Of a stretch of 64,000 bases of DNA, positions 12,001 through 26,200 are shown piece after piece; positions within the stretch are counted from its first letter, which is position 1, and each line of letters begins with the position of its first letter. This stretch comes from Eledone cirrhosa (lineage: Eukaryota): assembly GCA_964016885.1 (NCBI GenBank), contig OZ024744.1, positions 22,196,001 to 22,260,000 on the forward strand, written 5' to 3'. The position numbers were made by a program, and so were the translations under genes. Below the pieces are notes generated by a model, which worked only from the letters and a program-made list of their open reading frames with translations, was not told where the DNA came from and searched no databases.

Positions 12001-15000
12001 TCGTGGTGGTCAGTTAGGTTGACATAGATAACATAGGTGGGATGTTGTCGTGGTGGTCAGTTAGGTTGACATAGATAACATAGAGTGAGATGTTGTCGTG
12101 GTGGTCAGTTAGGTTGACGTAGATAACAGAGTGAGATATTGTCGTGGTCGTCAGTTAGGTTGACATAGATAACATAGGTGGCATGTTGTCGTGGTGGTCA
12201 GTTAGGTTTACATAGCTAACATAGTGTGAGATGTTGTCGTGGTGGTCAGTTAGGTTGACATAGATAACATAGGTGGGATGTAGTCGTGGTGGTCAGTTAG
12301 GTTGACATAGTTAACATAGGTGGGATGTTGTCGTGGTGGTCAGTTAGGTTGACATATATAACATAGGTGGGATGTTGTCGTGGTGGTCAGTTAGGTTGAC
12401 ATAGATAACATAGAGTCAGATGTTGTCGTGGTGGTCAGTTAGGTTGACATAGATAACATAGAGTGAGATGTTGTCGTGGTGGTCAGTTAGGTTGACATAG
12501 ATAACATAGGTGGGATGGTGTCGTGGACAGTTAGGTTGTGATAGATAACATAGAGTGAGATGTTGTCGTGGTGGTCAGTTAGGTTGACATAGATAACATA
12601 GGTGGGATGTTGTCGGGGTGGTCAGTTAGGTTGACATAAATAACATAGAGTGGGATGTTGTCGTGGTGGTCAGTTAGGTTGAATAGATAACATAGGTGGG
12701 ATGTTGTCGTGGTCAGTTAGGGTGACATAGATAACATAGGTGGGATGTTGTCGTGGTGGTCAGTTAGGTTGACATAGATTACATAGGTGGTATGTTGTCG
12801 TGGTCAGTTAGGTTGACATAGATAACATAGAGTGAGATGTTGTCGTGGTGGTCAGTTAGGTTGACATAGATAACATAGGTGGGATGTTGTCGTGGTGGTC
12901 AGTTATGTTGACATAGATAACATAGAGTGAGATGGTGACGTGGTGGTCAGATAGGTTGACATAGTTAACATAGGTGAGATGTTGTCGTGGTGGTCAGTTA
13001 GGTTGACATAGATAACATAGAGTGAGATGTTGTCGTGGTGGTCAGTTAGGTTGACATAGATAACATAGGTGGGATGTTGTCGTGGTCAGTTAGGGTGACA
13101 TAGATAACATAGGTGGGATGTTGTCGTGGTGGTCAGTTAGGTTGACATAGATTACATAGGTGGTATGTTGTCGTGGTCAGTTAGGTTGACATAGATAACA
13201 TAGAGTGAGATGTTTTCGTGGTGGTCAGTTAGGTTGACATAGATAACATAGGTGGGATGTTGTCGTGGTGGTCAGTTATGTTGACATAGATAACATAGAG
13301 TGAGATGGTGACGTGGTGGTCAGTTAGGTTGACATAGATAACATATGTGGGATGTTGTCGTGGTCAGTTAGGTTGACATAGATAACATAGGTGGGATGTT
13401 GTCGTGGTGGTCAGTTAGGTTGACATAGATAACATAGGTGGGATGTTGTCGTGGTCAGTTAGGTTGACATATATAACATAGAGTGAGATGTTGTCGTGGT
13501 TGTCAGTAAGGTTGACATAGATAACATAGAGTGAGATGTTGTCGTGGTGGTCAGTTAGATTGACATAGAAAACATAGGTGGGATGTTGTCGTGGTGGTCT
13601 GTTAGGTTGACATAGATAACATAGATGGGATGTTGTCGTGGTGGTCAGTTAGGTTGACATAGATAACATAGAGTGAGATGTTGTCGTGGTGGTCAGTTAG
13701 GTTGACATAGATAACATAGAGTGAGATATTGTCGTGGTGGTCAGTTAGGTTGACATAGATAACATAGGTGGCATGTTGTCGTGGTGGTCAGTTAGGTTTA
13801 CATAGATAACATAGAGTGATATGTTGTCGTGGTGGTCAGTTAGGTTGACATAGATAACAAAGGTGGGATGTTGTCGTGGTGGTCAGTTAGGTTGACATAG
13901 ATAACATAGGTGGGATGTAGTCGTGGTGGTCAGTTAGGTTGACATAGTTAACATAGGTGGGATGTTGTCGTGGTGGTCAGTTAGGTTGACATAGATAACA
14001 TAGGTGGGATGTTGTCGTGGTCAGTTAGGGTGACATAGATAACATAGGTGGGATGTTGTCGTGGTGGTCAGTTAGGTTGACATAGATAACATAGGTGGTA
14101 TGTTGTCGTGGTCAGTTAGGTTGACATAGATAACATAGAGTGAGATGTTGTCGTGGTGGTCAGTTAGGTTGACATAGATAACATAGGTGGGATGTTGTCG
14201 TGGTGGTCAGTTAGGTTGACATAGATAACATAGAGTGAGATGGTGACGTGGTGGTCAGTTAGGTTGACATAGTTAACATAGGTGAGATGTTGTCGTGGTG
14301 GTCAGTTAGGTTGACATAGATAACATAGAATGAGATGTTGTCGTGGTGGTCAGTTAGGTTGACATAGATAACATAGGTGGGATGTTGTCGTGGTCAGTTA
14401 GGTTGACATAGATAACATAGGTGGGATGTTGTTGTGGTGGTCTGTTAGGTTGACATAGGTAACATAGGTGGGATGTTGTCGTGGTCAGTTAGGTTGACAT
14501 ATATAACATAGAGTGAGATGTTGTCGTGGTTGTCAGTTAGGTTGACATAGATAACATAGAGTGAGATGTTGTCGTGGTGGTCAGTTAGGTTGACATAGAA
14601 AACATAGGTGGGATGTTGTCGTGGTGGTCAGTTAGTTTGACATAGATAACATAGGTGGGATGTTGTCGTGGTGGTCAGTTAGGTTGACATAGATAACATA
14701 GAGTCAGATGTTGTCGTGGTGGTCAGTTAGGTTGACATAGATAACATAGAGTGAGATGTTGTCGTGGTGGTCAGTTAGGTTGACATAGATAACATAGGTG
14801 GGATGGTGTCGTGGACAGTTAGGTTGACATAGATAACATAGAGTGAGATGTTGTCGTGGTGGTCAATTAGGTTGACATAGATAACATAGGTGGGATGTTG
14901 TCGGGGTGGTCAGTTAGGTTGACATAGATAACATAGAGTGGGATGTTGTCGTGGTGGTCAGTTAGGTTGACATAGATAACATAGGTGGGATGTTGTCGTG

Positions 15001-18000
15001 GTTAGTTAGGGTGACATAGATAACATAGGTGGGATGTTGTCGTGGTGGTCAGTTAGGTTGACATAGATTACATAGGTGGTATGTTGTCGTGGTCAGTTAG
15101 GTTGACATAGATAACATAGAGTGAGATGTTGTCGTGGTGGTCAGTTAGGTTGACATAGATAACATAGGTGGGATGTTGTCGTGGTGGTCAGTTATGTTGA
15201 CATAGATAACATAGAGTGAGATGGTGACGTGGTGGTCAGATAGGTTGACATAGTTAACATAGGTGAGATGTTGTCGTGGTGGTCAGTTAGGTTGACATAG
15301 ATAACATAGAGTGAGATGTTGTCGTGGTGGTCAGTTAGGTTGACATAGATAACATATGTGGGATGTTGTCGTGGTCAGTTAGGTTGACATAGATAACATA
15401 GGTGGGATGTTGTCGTGGTGGTCAGTTAGGTTGACATAGATAACATAGGTGGGATGTTGTCGTGGTCAGTTAGGTTGACATATATAACATAGAGTGAGAT
15501 GTCGTGGTTGTCAGTAAGGTTGACATAGATAACATAGAGTGAGATGTTGTCATGGTGGTCAGTTAGGTTGACATAGAAAACATAGGTGGGATGTTGTCGT
15601 GGTGGTCTGTTAGGTTGACATAGATAACATAGATGGGATGTTGTCGTGGTGGTCAGTTAGGTTGACATAGATAACATAGAGTGAGATGTTGTCGTGGTGG
15701 TCAGTTAGTTTGACATAGATAACATAGAGTGAGATATTGTCGTGGTGGTCAGTTAGGTTGACATAGATAACATAGGTGGCATGTTGTCGTGGTGGTCAGT
15801 TAGGTTTACATAGATAACATAGAGTGATATGTTGTCGTGGTGGTCAGTTAGGTTGACATAGATAACATAGGTGGGATGTTGTCGTGGTGGTCAGTTAGGT
15901 TGACATAGATAACATAGGTGGGATGTAGTCGTGGTGGTCAGTTAGGTTGACATAGTTAACATAGGTGGGATGTTGTCGTGGTGGTCAGTTAGGTTGACAT
16001 AGATAACATAGGTGGGATGTTGTCGTGGTCAGTTAGGGTGACATAGATAACATAGGTGGGATGTTGTCGTGGTGGTCAGTTAGGCTGACATAGATAACAT
16101 AGGTGGTATGTTGTCGTGGTCAGTTAGGTTGACATAGATAACATAGAGTGAGATGTTGTCGTGGTGGTCAGTTAGGTTGACATAGATAACATAGGTGGGA
16201 TGTTGTCGTGGTGGTCACTTAGGTTGACATAGATAACATAGAGTGAGATGGTGACATGGTGGTCAGTTAGGTTGACATAGTTAACATAGGTGAGATGTTG
16301 TCGTGGTGGTCAGTTAGGTTGACATAGATAACATAGAGTGAGATGTTGTCGTGGTGGTCAGTTAGGTTGACATAGATAACATAGGTGGGATGTTGTCCTG
16401 GTCAGTTAGGTTGACATAGATAACATAGGTGGGATGTTGTTGTGGTGGTCTGTTAGGTTGACATAGATAACATTGGTGGGATGTTGTCGTGGTCAGTTAG
16501 GTTGACATATATAACATAGAGTGAGATGTTGTCGTGGTTGTCAGTTAGGTTGACATAGATAACATAGAGTGAGATGTTGTCGTGGTGGTCAGTTAGGTTG
16601 ACATAGATAACATAGAGTGAGATGTTGTCGTGGTGGTCAGTTAGGTTGACATAGATAACATAGGTGGGATGTTGTCGTGGTGGTCAGTTAGGTTGACATA
16701 GATCACATAGAGTCAGATGTTGTCGTGGTGGTCAGTTAGGTTGACATAGATAACATAGAGTGAGATGTTGTCGTGGTGGTCAGTTAGGTTGACATAGATA
16801 ACATAGGTGGGATGGTGTCGTGGACAGTTAGGTTGACATAGATAACATAGAGTGAGATGTTGTCGTGGTGGTCAGTTAGGTTGACATAGATAACATAGGT
16901 GGGATGTTGTCGGGGTGGTCAGTTAGGTTGACATAGATAACATAGAGTGGGATGTTGTCGTGGTGGTCAGTTAGGTTGACATAGATAACATAGGTGGGAT
17001 GTTGTCGTGGTCAGTTAGGGTGACATAGATAACATAGGTGGGATGTTGTCGTGGTGGTCAGTTAGGTTGACATAGATTACATAGGTGGTATGTTGTCGTG
17101 GTCAGTTAGGTTGACATAGATAACATAGAGTGAGATGTTGTCGTGGTGGTCAGTTAGGTTGACATAGATAACATAGGTGGGATGTGGTCGTGGTGGTCAG
17201 TTATGTTGACATAGATAACATAGAGTGAGATGGTGACGTGGTGGTCAGATAGGTTGACATAGTTAACATAGGTGAGATGTTGTCGTGGTGGTCAGTTAGG
17301 TTGACATAGATAACATAAAGTGAGATGTTGTCGTGGTGGTCAGTTAGGTTGACATAGATAACATATGTGGGATGTTGTCGTGGTCAGTTAGGTTGACATA
17401 GATAACATAGGTGGGATGTTGTCGTGGTGGTCAGTTAGGTTGACATAGATAACATAGGTGGGATGTTGTCGTGGTCAGTTAGGTTGACATATATAACATA
17501 GAGTGAGATGTTGTCGTGGTTGTCAGTAAGGTTGACATAGATAACATAGAGTGAGATGTTGTCGTGGTGGTCAGTTATGTTGACATAGAAAACATAGGTG
17601 GGATGTTGTCGTGGTGGTCTGTTAGGTTGACATAGATAACATAGATGGGATGTTGTCGTGGTGGTCAGTTAGGTTGACATAGATAACATAGAGTGAGATG
17701 TTGTCGTGGTGGTCAGTTAGGTTGACATAGATAACATAGGTGGGATGTTGTCGTGGTGGTCATTTAGGTTGACATAGATAACATAGAGTGAGATGGTGAC
17801 GTGGTGGTCAGTTAGGTTGACATAGTTAACATAGGTGAGATGTTGTCGTGGTGGTCAGTTAGGTTGACATAGATAACATAGAGTGAGATGTTGTCGTGGT
17901 GGTCAGTTAGGTTGACATAGATAACATAGGTGGGATGTTGTCGTGGTCAGTTAGGTTGACATATATAACATAGAGTGAGATGTTGTCGTGGTTGTCAGTT

Positions 18001-21000
18001 AGGTTGACATAGATAACATAGAGTCAGATGTTGTCGTGGTGGTCAGTTAGGTTGACATAGAAAACATAGGTGGGATGTTGTCGTGGTGGTCAGTTAGTTT
18101 GACATAGATAACATAGGTGGGATGTTGTCGTGGTGGTCAGTTAGGTTGACATAGATAACATAGAGTCAGATGTTGTCGTGGTGGTCAGTTAGGTTGACAT
18201 AGATAACATAGAGTGAGATGTTGTCGTGGTGGTCAGTTAGGTTGACATAGATAACATAGGTGGGATGGTGTCGTGGACAGTTAGGTTGACATAGATAACA
18301 TAGAGTGAGATGTTGTCGTGGTGGTCAGTTAGGTTGACATAGATAACATAGGTGGGATGTTGTCGGGGTGGTCAGTTAGGTTGACATAGATAACATAGAG
18401 TGGGATGTTGTCGTGGTGGTCAGTTAGGTTGACATAGATAACATAGGTGGGATGTTGTCGTGGTCAGTTAGGGTGACATAGATAACATAGGTGGGATGTT
18501 GTCGTGGTGGTCAGTTAGGTTGACATAGATTACATAGGTGGTATGTTGTCGTGGTCAGTTAGGTTGACATAGATAACATAGAGTGAGATGTTGTCGTGGT
18601 GGTCAGTTAGGTTGACATAGATAACATAGAGTGAGATGGTGACGTGGTGGTCAGATAGGTTGACATAGTTAACATAGGTGAGATGTTGTCGTGGTGGTCA
18701 GTTAGGTTGACATAGATAACATAGAGTGAGATGTTGTCGTGGTGGTCAGTTAGGTTGACATAGATAACATATGTGGGATGTTGTCGTGGTCAGTTAGGTT
18801 GACATAGATAACATAGGTGGGATGTTGTCGTGGTGGTCAGTTAGGTTGACATAGATAACATAGGTGGGATGTTGTCGTGGTCAGTTAGGTTGACATATAT
18901 AACATAGAGTGAGATGTCGTGGTTGTCAGTAAGGTTGACATAGATAACATAGAGTGAGATGTTGTCATGGTGGTCAGTTAGGTTGACATAGAAAACATAG
19001 GTGGGATGTTGTCGTGGTGGTCTGTTAGGTTGACATAGATAACATAGATGGGATGTTGTCGTGGTGGTCAGTTAGGTTGACATAGATAACATAGAGTGAG
19101 ATGTTGTCGTGGTGGTCAGTTAGGTTGACATAGATAACATAGAGTGAGATATTGTCGTGGTGGTCAGTTAGGTTGACATAGATAACATAGGTGGCATGTT
19201 GTTGTGGTGGTCAGTTAGGTTTACATAGATAACATAGAGTGATATGTTGTCGTGGTGGTCAGTTAGGTTGACATAGATAACATAGGTGGGATGTTGTCGT
19301 GGTGGTCAGATAGGTTGACATAGATAACATAGGTGGGATGTAGTCGTGGTGGTCAGTTAGGTTGACATAGTTAACATAGGTGGGATGTTGTCGTGGTGGT
19401 CAGTTAGGTTGACATAGATAACATAGGTGGGATGTTGTCGTGGTCAGTTAGGGTGACATAGATAACATAGGTGGGATGTTGTCGTGGTGGTCAGTTAGGT
19501 TGACATAGATAACATAGGTGGTATGTTGTCGTGGTCAGTTAGGTTGACATAGATAACATAGAGTGAGATGTTGTCGTGGTGGTCAGTTAGGTTGACATAG
19601 ATAACATAGGTGGGATGTTGTCGTGGTGGTCACTTAGGTTGACATAGATAACATAGAGTGAGATGGTGACATGGTGGTCAGTTAGGTTGACATAGTTAAC
19701 ATAGGTGAGATGTTGTCGTGGTGGTCAGTTAGGTTGACATAGATAACATAGAGTGAGATGTTGTCGTGGTGGTCAGTTAGGTTGACATAGATAACATAGG
19801 TGGGATGTTGTCCTGGTCAGTTAGGTTGACATAGATAACATAGGTGGGATGTTGTTGTGGTGGTCTGTTAGGTTGACATAGATAACATAGGTGGGATGTT
19901 GTCGTGGTCAGTTAGGTTGACATATAAAACATAGAGTGAGATGTTGTCGTGGTTGTCAGTTAGGTTGACATAGATAACATAGAGTGAGATGTTGTCGTGG
20001 TGGTCAGTTAGGTTGACATAGATAACATAGGTGGGATGTTGTCGTGGTGGTCAGTTAGGTTGACATAGATAACATAGAGTGAGATGTTGTCGTGGTGGTC
20101 AGTTAGGTTGACATAGATAACATAGGTGGGATGGTGTCGTGGACAGTTAGGTTGACATAGATAACATAGAGTGAGATGTTGTCGTGGTGGTCAGTTAGGT
20201 TGACATAGATAACATAGGTGGGATGTTGTCGGGGTGGTCAGTTAGGTTGACATAGATAACATAGAGAGGGATGTTGTCGTGGTGGTCAGTTAGGTTGACA
20301 TAGATAACATAGGTGGGATGTTGTCGTGGTCAGTTAGGGTGACATAGATAACATAGGTGGGATGTTGTCGTGGTCAGTTAGGTTGACATAGATAACATAG
20401 AGTGAGATGTTGTCGTGGTGGTCAGTTAGGTTGACATAGATAACATAGGTGGGATGTTGTCGTGGTCAGTTAGGTTGAAATAGATAACATAGGTGGGATA
20501 TTGTTGTGGTGGTCTGTTAGGTTGACATAGATAACATAGGTGGGATGTTGTCGTGGTCAGTTAGGTTGACATATATAACATAGAGTGAGATGTTGTCGTG
20601 GTTGTCAGTTAGGTTGACATAGATAACATAGAGTCAGATGTTGTCGTGGTGGTCAGTTAGGTTGACATAGAAAACATAGGTGGGATGTTGTCGTGGTGGT
20701 CAGTTAGTTTGACATAGATAACATAGGTGGGATGTTGTCGTGGTGGTCAGTTAGGTTGACATAGATAACATAGAGTCAGATGTTGTCGTGGTGGTCAGTT
20801 AGGTTGACATAGATAACATAGAGTGAGATGTTGTCGTGGTGGTCAGTTAGGTTGACATAGATAACATAGGTGGGATGGTGTCGTGGACAGTTAGGTTGAC
20901 ATAGATAACATAGAGTGAGATGTTGTCGTGGTGGTCAGTTAGGTTGACATAGATAACATAGGTGGGATGTTGTCGGGGTGGTCAGTTAGGTTGACATAGA

Positions 21001-24000
21001 TAACATAGAGTGGGATGTTGTCGTGGTGGTCAGTTAGGTTGACATAGATAACATAGGTGGGATGTTGTCGTGGTCAGTTAGGGTGACATAGATAACATAG
21101 GTGGGATGTTGTCGTGGTGGTCAGTTAGGTTGACATAGATTACATAGGTGGTATGTTGTCGTGGTCAGTTAGGTTGACATAGATAACATAGAGTGAGATG
21201 TTGTCGTGGTGGTCAGTTAGGTTGACATAGATAACATAGGTGGGATGTTGTCGTGGTGGTCAGTTAGGTTGACATAGATAACATAGAGTGAGATGTTGTC
21301 GTGGTGGTCAGTTAGGTTGACATAGATAACATATGTGGGATGTTGTCGTGGTCAGTTAGGTTGACATAGATAACATAGGTGGGATGTTGTCGTGGTGGTC
21401 AGTTAGGTTGACATAGATAACATAGGTGGGATGTTGTCGTGGTCAGTTAGGTTGACATATATAACATAGAGTGAGATGTCGTGGTTGTCAGTAAGGTTGA
21501 CATAGATAACATAGAGTGAGATGTTGTCATGGTGGTCAGTTAGGTTGACATAGAAAACATAGGTGGGATGTTGTCGTGGTGGTCTGTTAGGTTGACATAG
21601 ATAACATAGATGGGATGTTGTCGTGGTGGTCAGTTCGGTTGACATAGATAACATAGAGTGAGATGTTGTCGTGGTGGTCAGTTAGGTTGACATAGATAAC
21701 ATAGAGTGAGATATTGTCGTGATGGTCAGTTAGGTTGACATAGATAACATAGGTGGCATGTTGTCGTGGTGGTCAGTTAGGTTTACATAGATAACTTAGA
21801 GTGATATGTTGTCGTGGTGGTCAGTTAGGTTGACATAGATAACATAGGTGGGATGTTGTCGTGGTGGTCAGTTAGGTTGACATAGATAACATAGGTGGGA
21901 TGTAGTCGTGGTGGTCAGTTAGGTTGACATAGTTAACATAGGTGGGATGTTGTCGTGGTGGTCAGTTAGGTTGACATAGATAACATAGGTGGGATGTTGT
22001 CGTGGTCAGTTAGGGTGACATAGATAACATAGGTGGGATGTTGTCGTGGTGGTCAGTTAGGTTGACATAGATAACATAGGTGGTATGTTGTCGTGGTCAG
22101 TTAGGTTGACATAGATAACATAGAGTGAGATGTTGTCGTGGTGGTCAGTTAGGTTGACATAGATAACATAGGTGGGATGTTGTCGTGGTGGTCACTTAGG
22201 TTGACATAGATAACATAGAGTGAGATGGTGACATGGTGGTCAGTTAGGTTGACATAGTTAACATAGGTGAGATGTTGTCGTGGTGGTCAGTTAGGTTGAC
22301 ATAGATAACATAGAGTGAGATGTTGTCGTGGTGGTCAGTTAGGTTGACATAGATAACATAGGTGGGATGTTGTCCTGGTCAGTTAGGTTGACATAGATAA
22401 CATAGGTGGGATGTTGTTGTGGTGGTCTGTTAGGTTGACATAGATAACATAGGTGGGATGTTGTCGTGGTCAGTTAGGTTGACATATATAACATAGAGTG
22501 AGATGTTGTCGTGGTTGTCAGTTAGGTTGACATAGATAACATAGAGTGAGATGTTGTCGTGGTGGTCAGTTAGGTTGACATAGATAACATAGGTGGGATG
22601 TTGTCGTGGTGGTCAGTTAGGTTGACATAGATAACATAGAGTGAGATGTTGTCGTGGTGGTCAGTTAGGTTGACATAGATAACATAGGTGGGATGGTGTC
22701 GTGGACAGTTAGGTTGACATAGATAACATAGAGTGAGATGTTGTCGTGGTGGTCAGTTAGGTTGACATAGATAACATAGGTGGGATGTTGTCGGGGTGGT
22801 CAGTTAGGTTGACATAGATAACATAGAGTGGGATGTTGTCGTGGTGGTCAGTTAGGTTGACATAGATAACATAGGTGGGATGTTGTCGTGGTCAGTTAGG
22901 GTGACATAGATAACATAGGTGGGATGTTGTCGTGGTCAGTTAGGTTGACATAGATAACATAGAGTGAGATGTTGTCGTGGTGGTCAGTTAGGTTGACATA
23001 GATAACATAGGTGGGATGTGGTCGTGGTGGTCAGTTATGTTGACATAGATAACATAGAGTGAGATTGTGACGTGGTGGTCAGATAGGTTGACATAGTTAA
23101 CATAGGTGAGATGTTGTCGTGGTGGTCAGTTAGGTTGACATAGATAACATAAAGTGAGATGTTGTCGTGGTGGTCAGTTAGGTTGACATAGATAACATAT
23201 GTGGGATGTTGTCGTGGTCAGTTAGGTTGACATAGATAACATAGGTGGGATGTTGTCGTGGTGGTCAGTTAGGTTGACATAGATAACATAGGTGGGATGT
23301 TGTCGTGGTCAGTTAGGTTGACATATATAACATTGAGTGAGATGTTGTCGTGGTTGTCAGTAAGGTTGACATAGATAACATAGAGTGAGATGTTGTCGTG
23401 GTGGTCAGTTAGGTTGACATAGAAAACATAGGTGGGATGTTGTCGTGGTGGTCTGTTAGGTTGACATAGATAACATAGATGGGATGTTGTCGTGGTGGTC
23501 AGTTAGGTTGACATAGATAACATAGAGTGAGATGTTGTCGTGGTTGTCAGTTAGGTTGACATAGATAACATAGAGTGAGATATTGTCGTGGTGGTCAGTT
23601 AGGTTGACATAGATAACATAGGTGGCATGTTGTCGTGGTGGTCAGTTAGGTTGACATAGATAACATAGGTGGGATGTTGTCGTGGTCAGTTAGGGTGACA
23701 TAGATAACATAGGTGGGATGTTGTCGTGGTGGTCAGTTAGGTTGACATAGATAACATAGGTGGTATGTTGTCGTGGTCAGTTAGGTTGACATAGATAACA
23801 TAGAGTGAGATGTTGTCGTGGTGGTCAGTTAGGTTGACATAGATAACATAGGTGGGATGTTGTCGTGGTGGTCACTTAGGTTGACATAGATAACATAGAG
23901 TGAGATGGTGACATGGTGGTCAGTTAGGTTGACATAGTTAACATAGGTGAGATGTTGTCGTGGTGGTCAGTTAGGTTGACATAGATATCATAGAGTGAGA

Positions 24001-26200
24001 TGTTGTCGTGGTGGTCAGTTAGGTTGACATAGATAACATAGGTGGGATGTTGTCCTGGTCAGTTAGGTTGACATAGATAACATAGGTGGGATGTTGTTGT
24101 GGTGGTCTGTTAGGTTGACATAGATAACATAGGTGGGATGTTGTCGTGGTCAGTTAGGTTGACATATATAACATAGAGTGAGATGTTGTCGTGGTTGTCA
24201 GTTAGGTTGACATAGATAACATAGAGTGAGATGTTGTCGTGGTGGTCAGTTAGGTTGACATAGATAACATAGGTGGGATGTTGTCGTGGTGGTCAGTTAG
24301 GTTGACATAGATCACATAGAGTCAGATGTTGTCGTGGTGGTCAGTTAGGTTGACATAGATAACATAGAGTGAGATGTTGTCGTGGTGGTCAGTTAGGTTG
24401 ACATAGATAACATAGGTGGGATGGTGTCGTGGACAGTTAGGTTGACATAGATAACATAGAGTGAGATGTTGTCGTGGTGGTCAGTTAGGTTGACATAGAT
24501 AACATAGGTGGGATGTTGTCGGGGTGGTCAGTTAGGTTGACATAGATAACATAGAGTGGGATGTTGTCGTGGTGGTCAGTTAGGTTGACATAGATAACAT
24601 AGGTGGGATGTTGTCGTGGTCAGTTAGGGTGACATAGATAACATAGGTGGGATGTTGCCGTGGTCAGTTAGGTTGACATAGATAACATAGAGTGAGATGT
24701 TGTCGTGGTGGTCAGTTAGGTTGACATAGATAACATAGGTGGGATGTGGTCGTGGTGGTCAGTTATGTTGACATAGATAACATAGAGTGAGATGGTGACG
24801 TGGTGGTCAGATAGGTTGACATAGTTAACATAGGTGAGATGTTGTCGTGGTGATCAGTTAGGTTGACATAGATAACATAAAGTGAGATGTTGTCGTGGTG
24901 GTCAGTTAGGTTGACATAGATAACATATGTGGGATGTTGTCGTGGTCAGTTAGGTTGACATAGATAACATAGGTGGGATGTTGTCGTGGTGGTCAGTTAG
25001 GTTGACATAGATAACATAGGTGGGATGTTGTCGTGGTCAGTTAGGTTGACATATATAACATAGAGTGAGATGTTGTCGTGGTTGTCAGTAAGGTTGACAT
25101 AGATAACATAGAGTGAGATGTTGTCGTGGTGGTCAGTTAGGTTGACATAGAAAACATAGGTGGGATGTTGTCGTGGTGGTCTGTTAGGTTGACATAGATA
25201 ACATAGATGGGATGTTGTCGTGGTGGTCAGTTAGGTTGACATAGATAACATAGAGTGAGATGTTGTCGTGGTGGTCAGTTAGGTTGACATAGATAACATA
25301 GAGTGAGATATTGTCGTGGTGGTCAGTTAGGTTGACATAGATAACATAGGTGGCATGTTGTCGTGGTGGTCAGTTAGGTTTACATAGATAACATAGAGTG
25401 ATATGTTGTCGTGGTGGTCAGTTAGGTTGACATAGATAACATAGGTGGGATGTTGTCGTGGTGGTCAGTTAGGTTGACATAGATAACATAGGTGGGATGT
25501 AGTCGTGGTGGTCAGTTAGGTTGACATAGTTAACATAGGTGGGATGTTGTCGTGGTGGTCAGTTAGGTTGACATAGATAACATAGGTGGGATGTTGTCGT
25601 GGTCAGTTAGGGTGACATAGATAACACAGGTGGGATGTTGTCGTGGTGGTCAGTTAGGTTGACATAGATAACATAGGTGGTATGTTGTCGTGGTCAGTTA
25701 GGTTGACATAGATAACATAGAGTGAGATGTTGTCGTGGTGGTCAGTTAGGTTGACATAGATAACATAGGTGGGATGTTGTCGTGGTGGTCACTTAGGTTG
25801 ACATAGATAACATAGAGTGAGATGGTGACGTGGTGGTCAGTTAGGTTGACATAGTTAACATAGGTGAGATGTTGTCGTGGTGGTCAGTTAGGTTGACATA
25901 GATAACATAGAGTGAGATGTTGTCGTGGTGGTCAGTTAGGTTGACATAGATAACATAGGTGGGATGTTGTCGTGGTCAGTTAGGTTGACATAGATAACAT
26001 AGGTGGGATGTTGTTGTGGTGGTCTGTTAGGTTGACATAGATAACATAGGTGGGATGTTGTCGTGGTCAGTTAGGTTGACATATATAACATAGAGTGAGA
26101 TGTTGTCGTGGTTGTCAGTTAGGTTGACATAGATAACATAGAGTGAGATGTTGTCGTGGTGGTCAGTTAGGTTGACATAGAAAACATAGGTGGGATGTTG
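1..26200. repeat. Array sub-domain 1: degenerate HOR of about 1.7-2.3 kb (about 37-49 monomers)
   Basis: Recurring ordered variants: GGTGTCGTGGAC, CGGGG, GGGTGAC, GATTAC/GGTAT, TATGTT, GGTGACGT, GACATATAT, GTCAGTAAGG, GAAAAC, TCTGTT, GGCATG, GTAGTC. Marker GATGGTGTCGTGGAC lies at 10640, 12514, 14802, 16811, 18264, 20130, 20874, 22692 and 24420; some cycles are truncated. Confidence 0.75.
980..9360. repeat. About 4.3-kb tandem duplication; copy 2 lacks 278 bp
   Basis: Rare variants match at offset 4,309 (1241/5550, 2131/6440, 2541/6850, 2951/7260), then at offset 4,031 (3701/7732, 4691/8722, 4861/8892, 5171/9202). Boundaries are approximate. Confidence 0.9.

Noticed and set aside
21403-21654. 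83-aa minus-strand ORF from the ORF track
   Set aside because: It is translated satellite. It stays open only because point variants remove the usual stops (GTTCGG at about 21635 gives TAA>GAA; TCTGTT at about 21585 gives TGA>AGA). It drifts through all three repeat frames and has no gene context.
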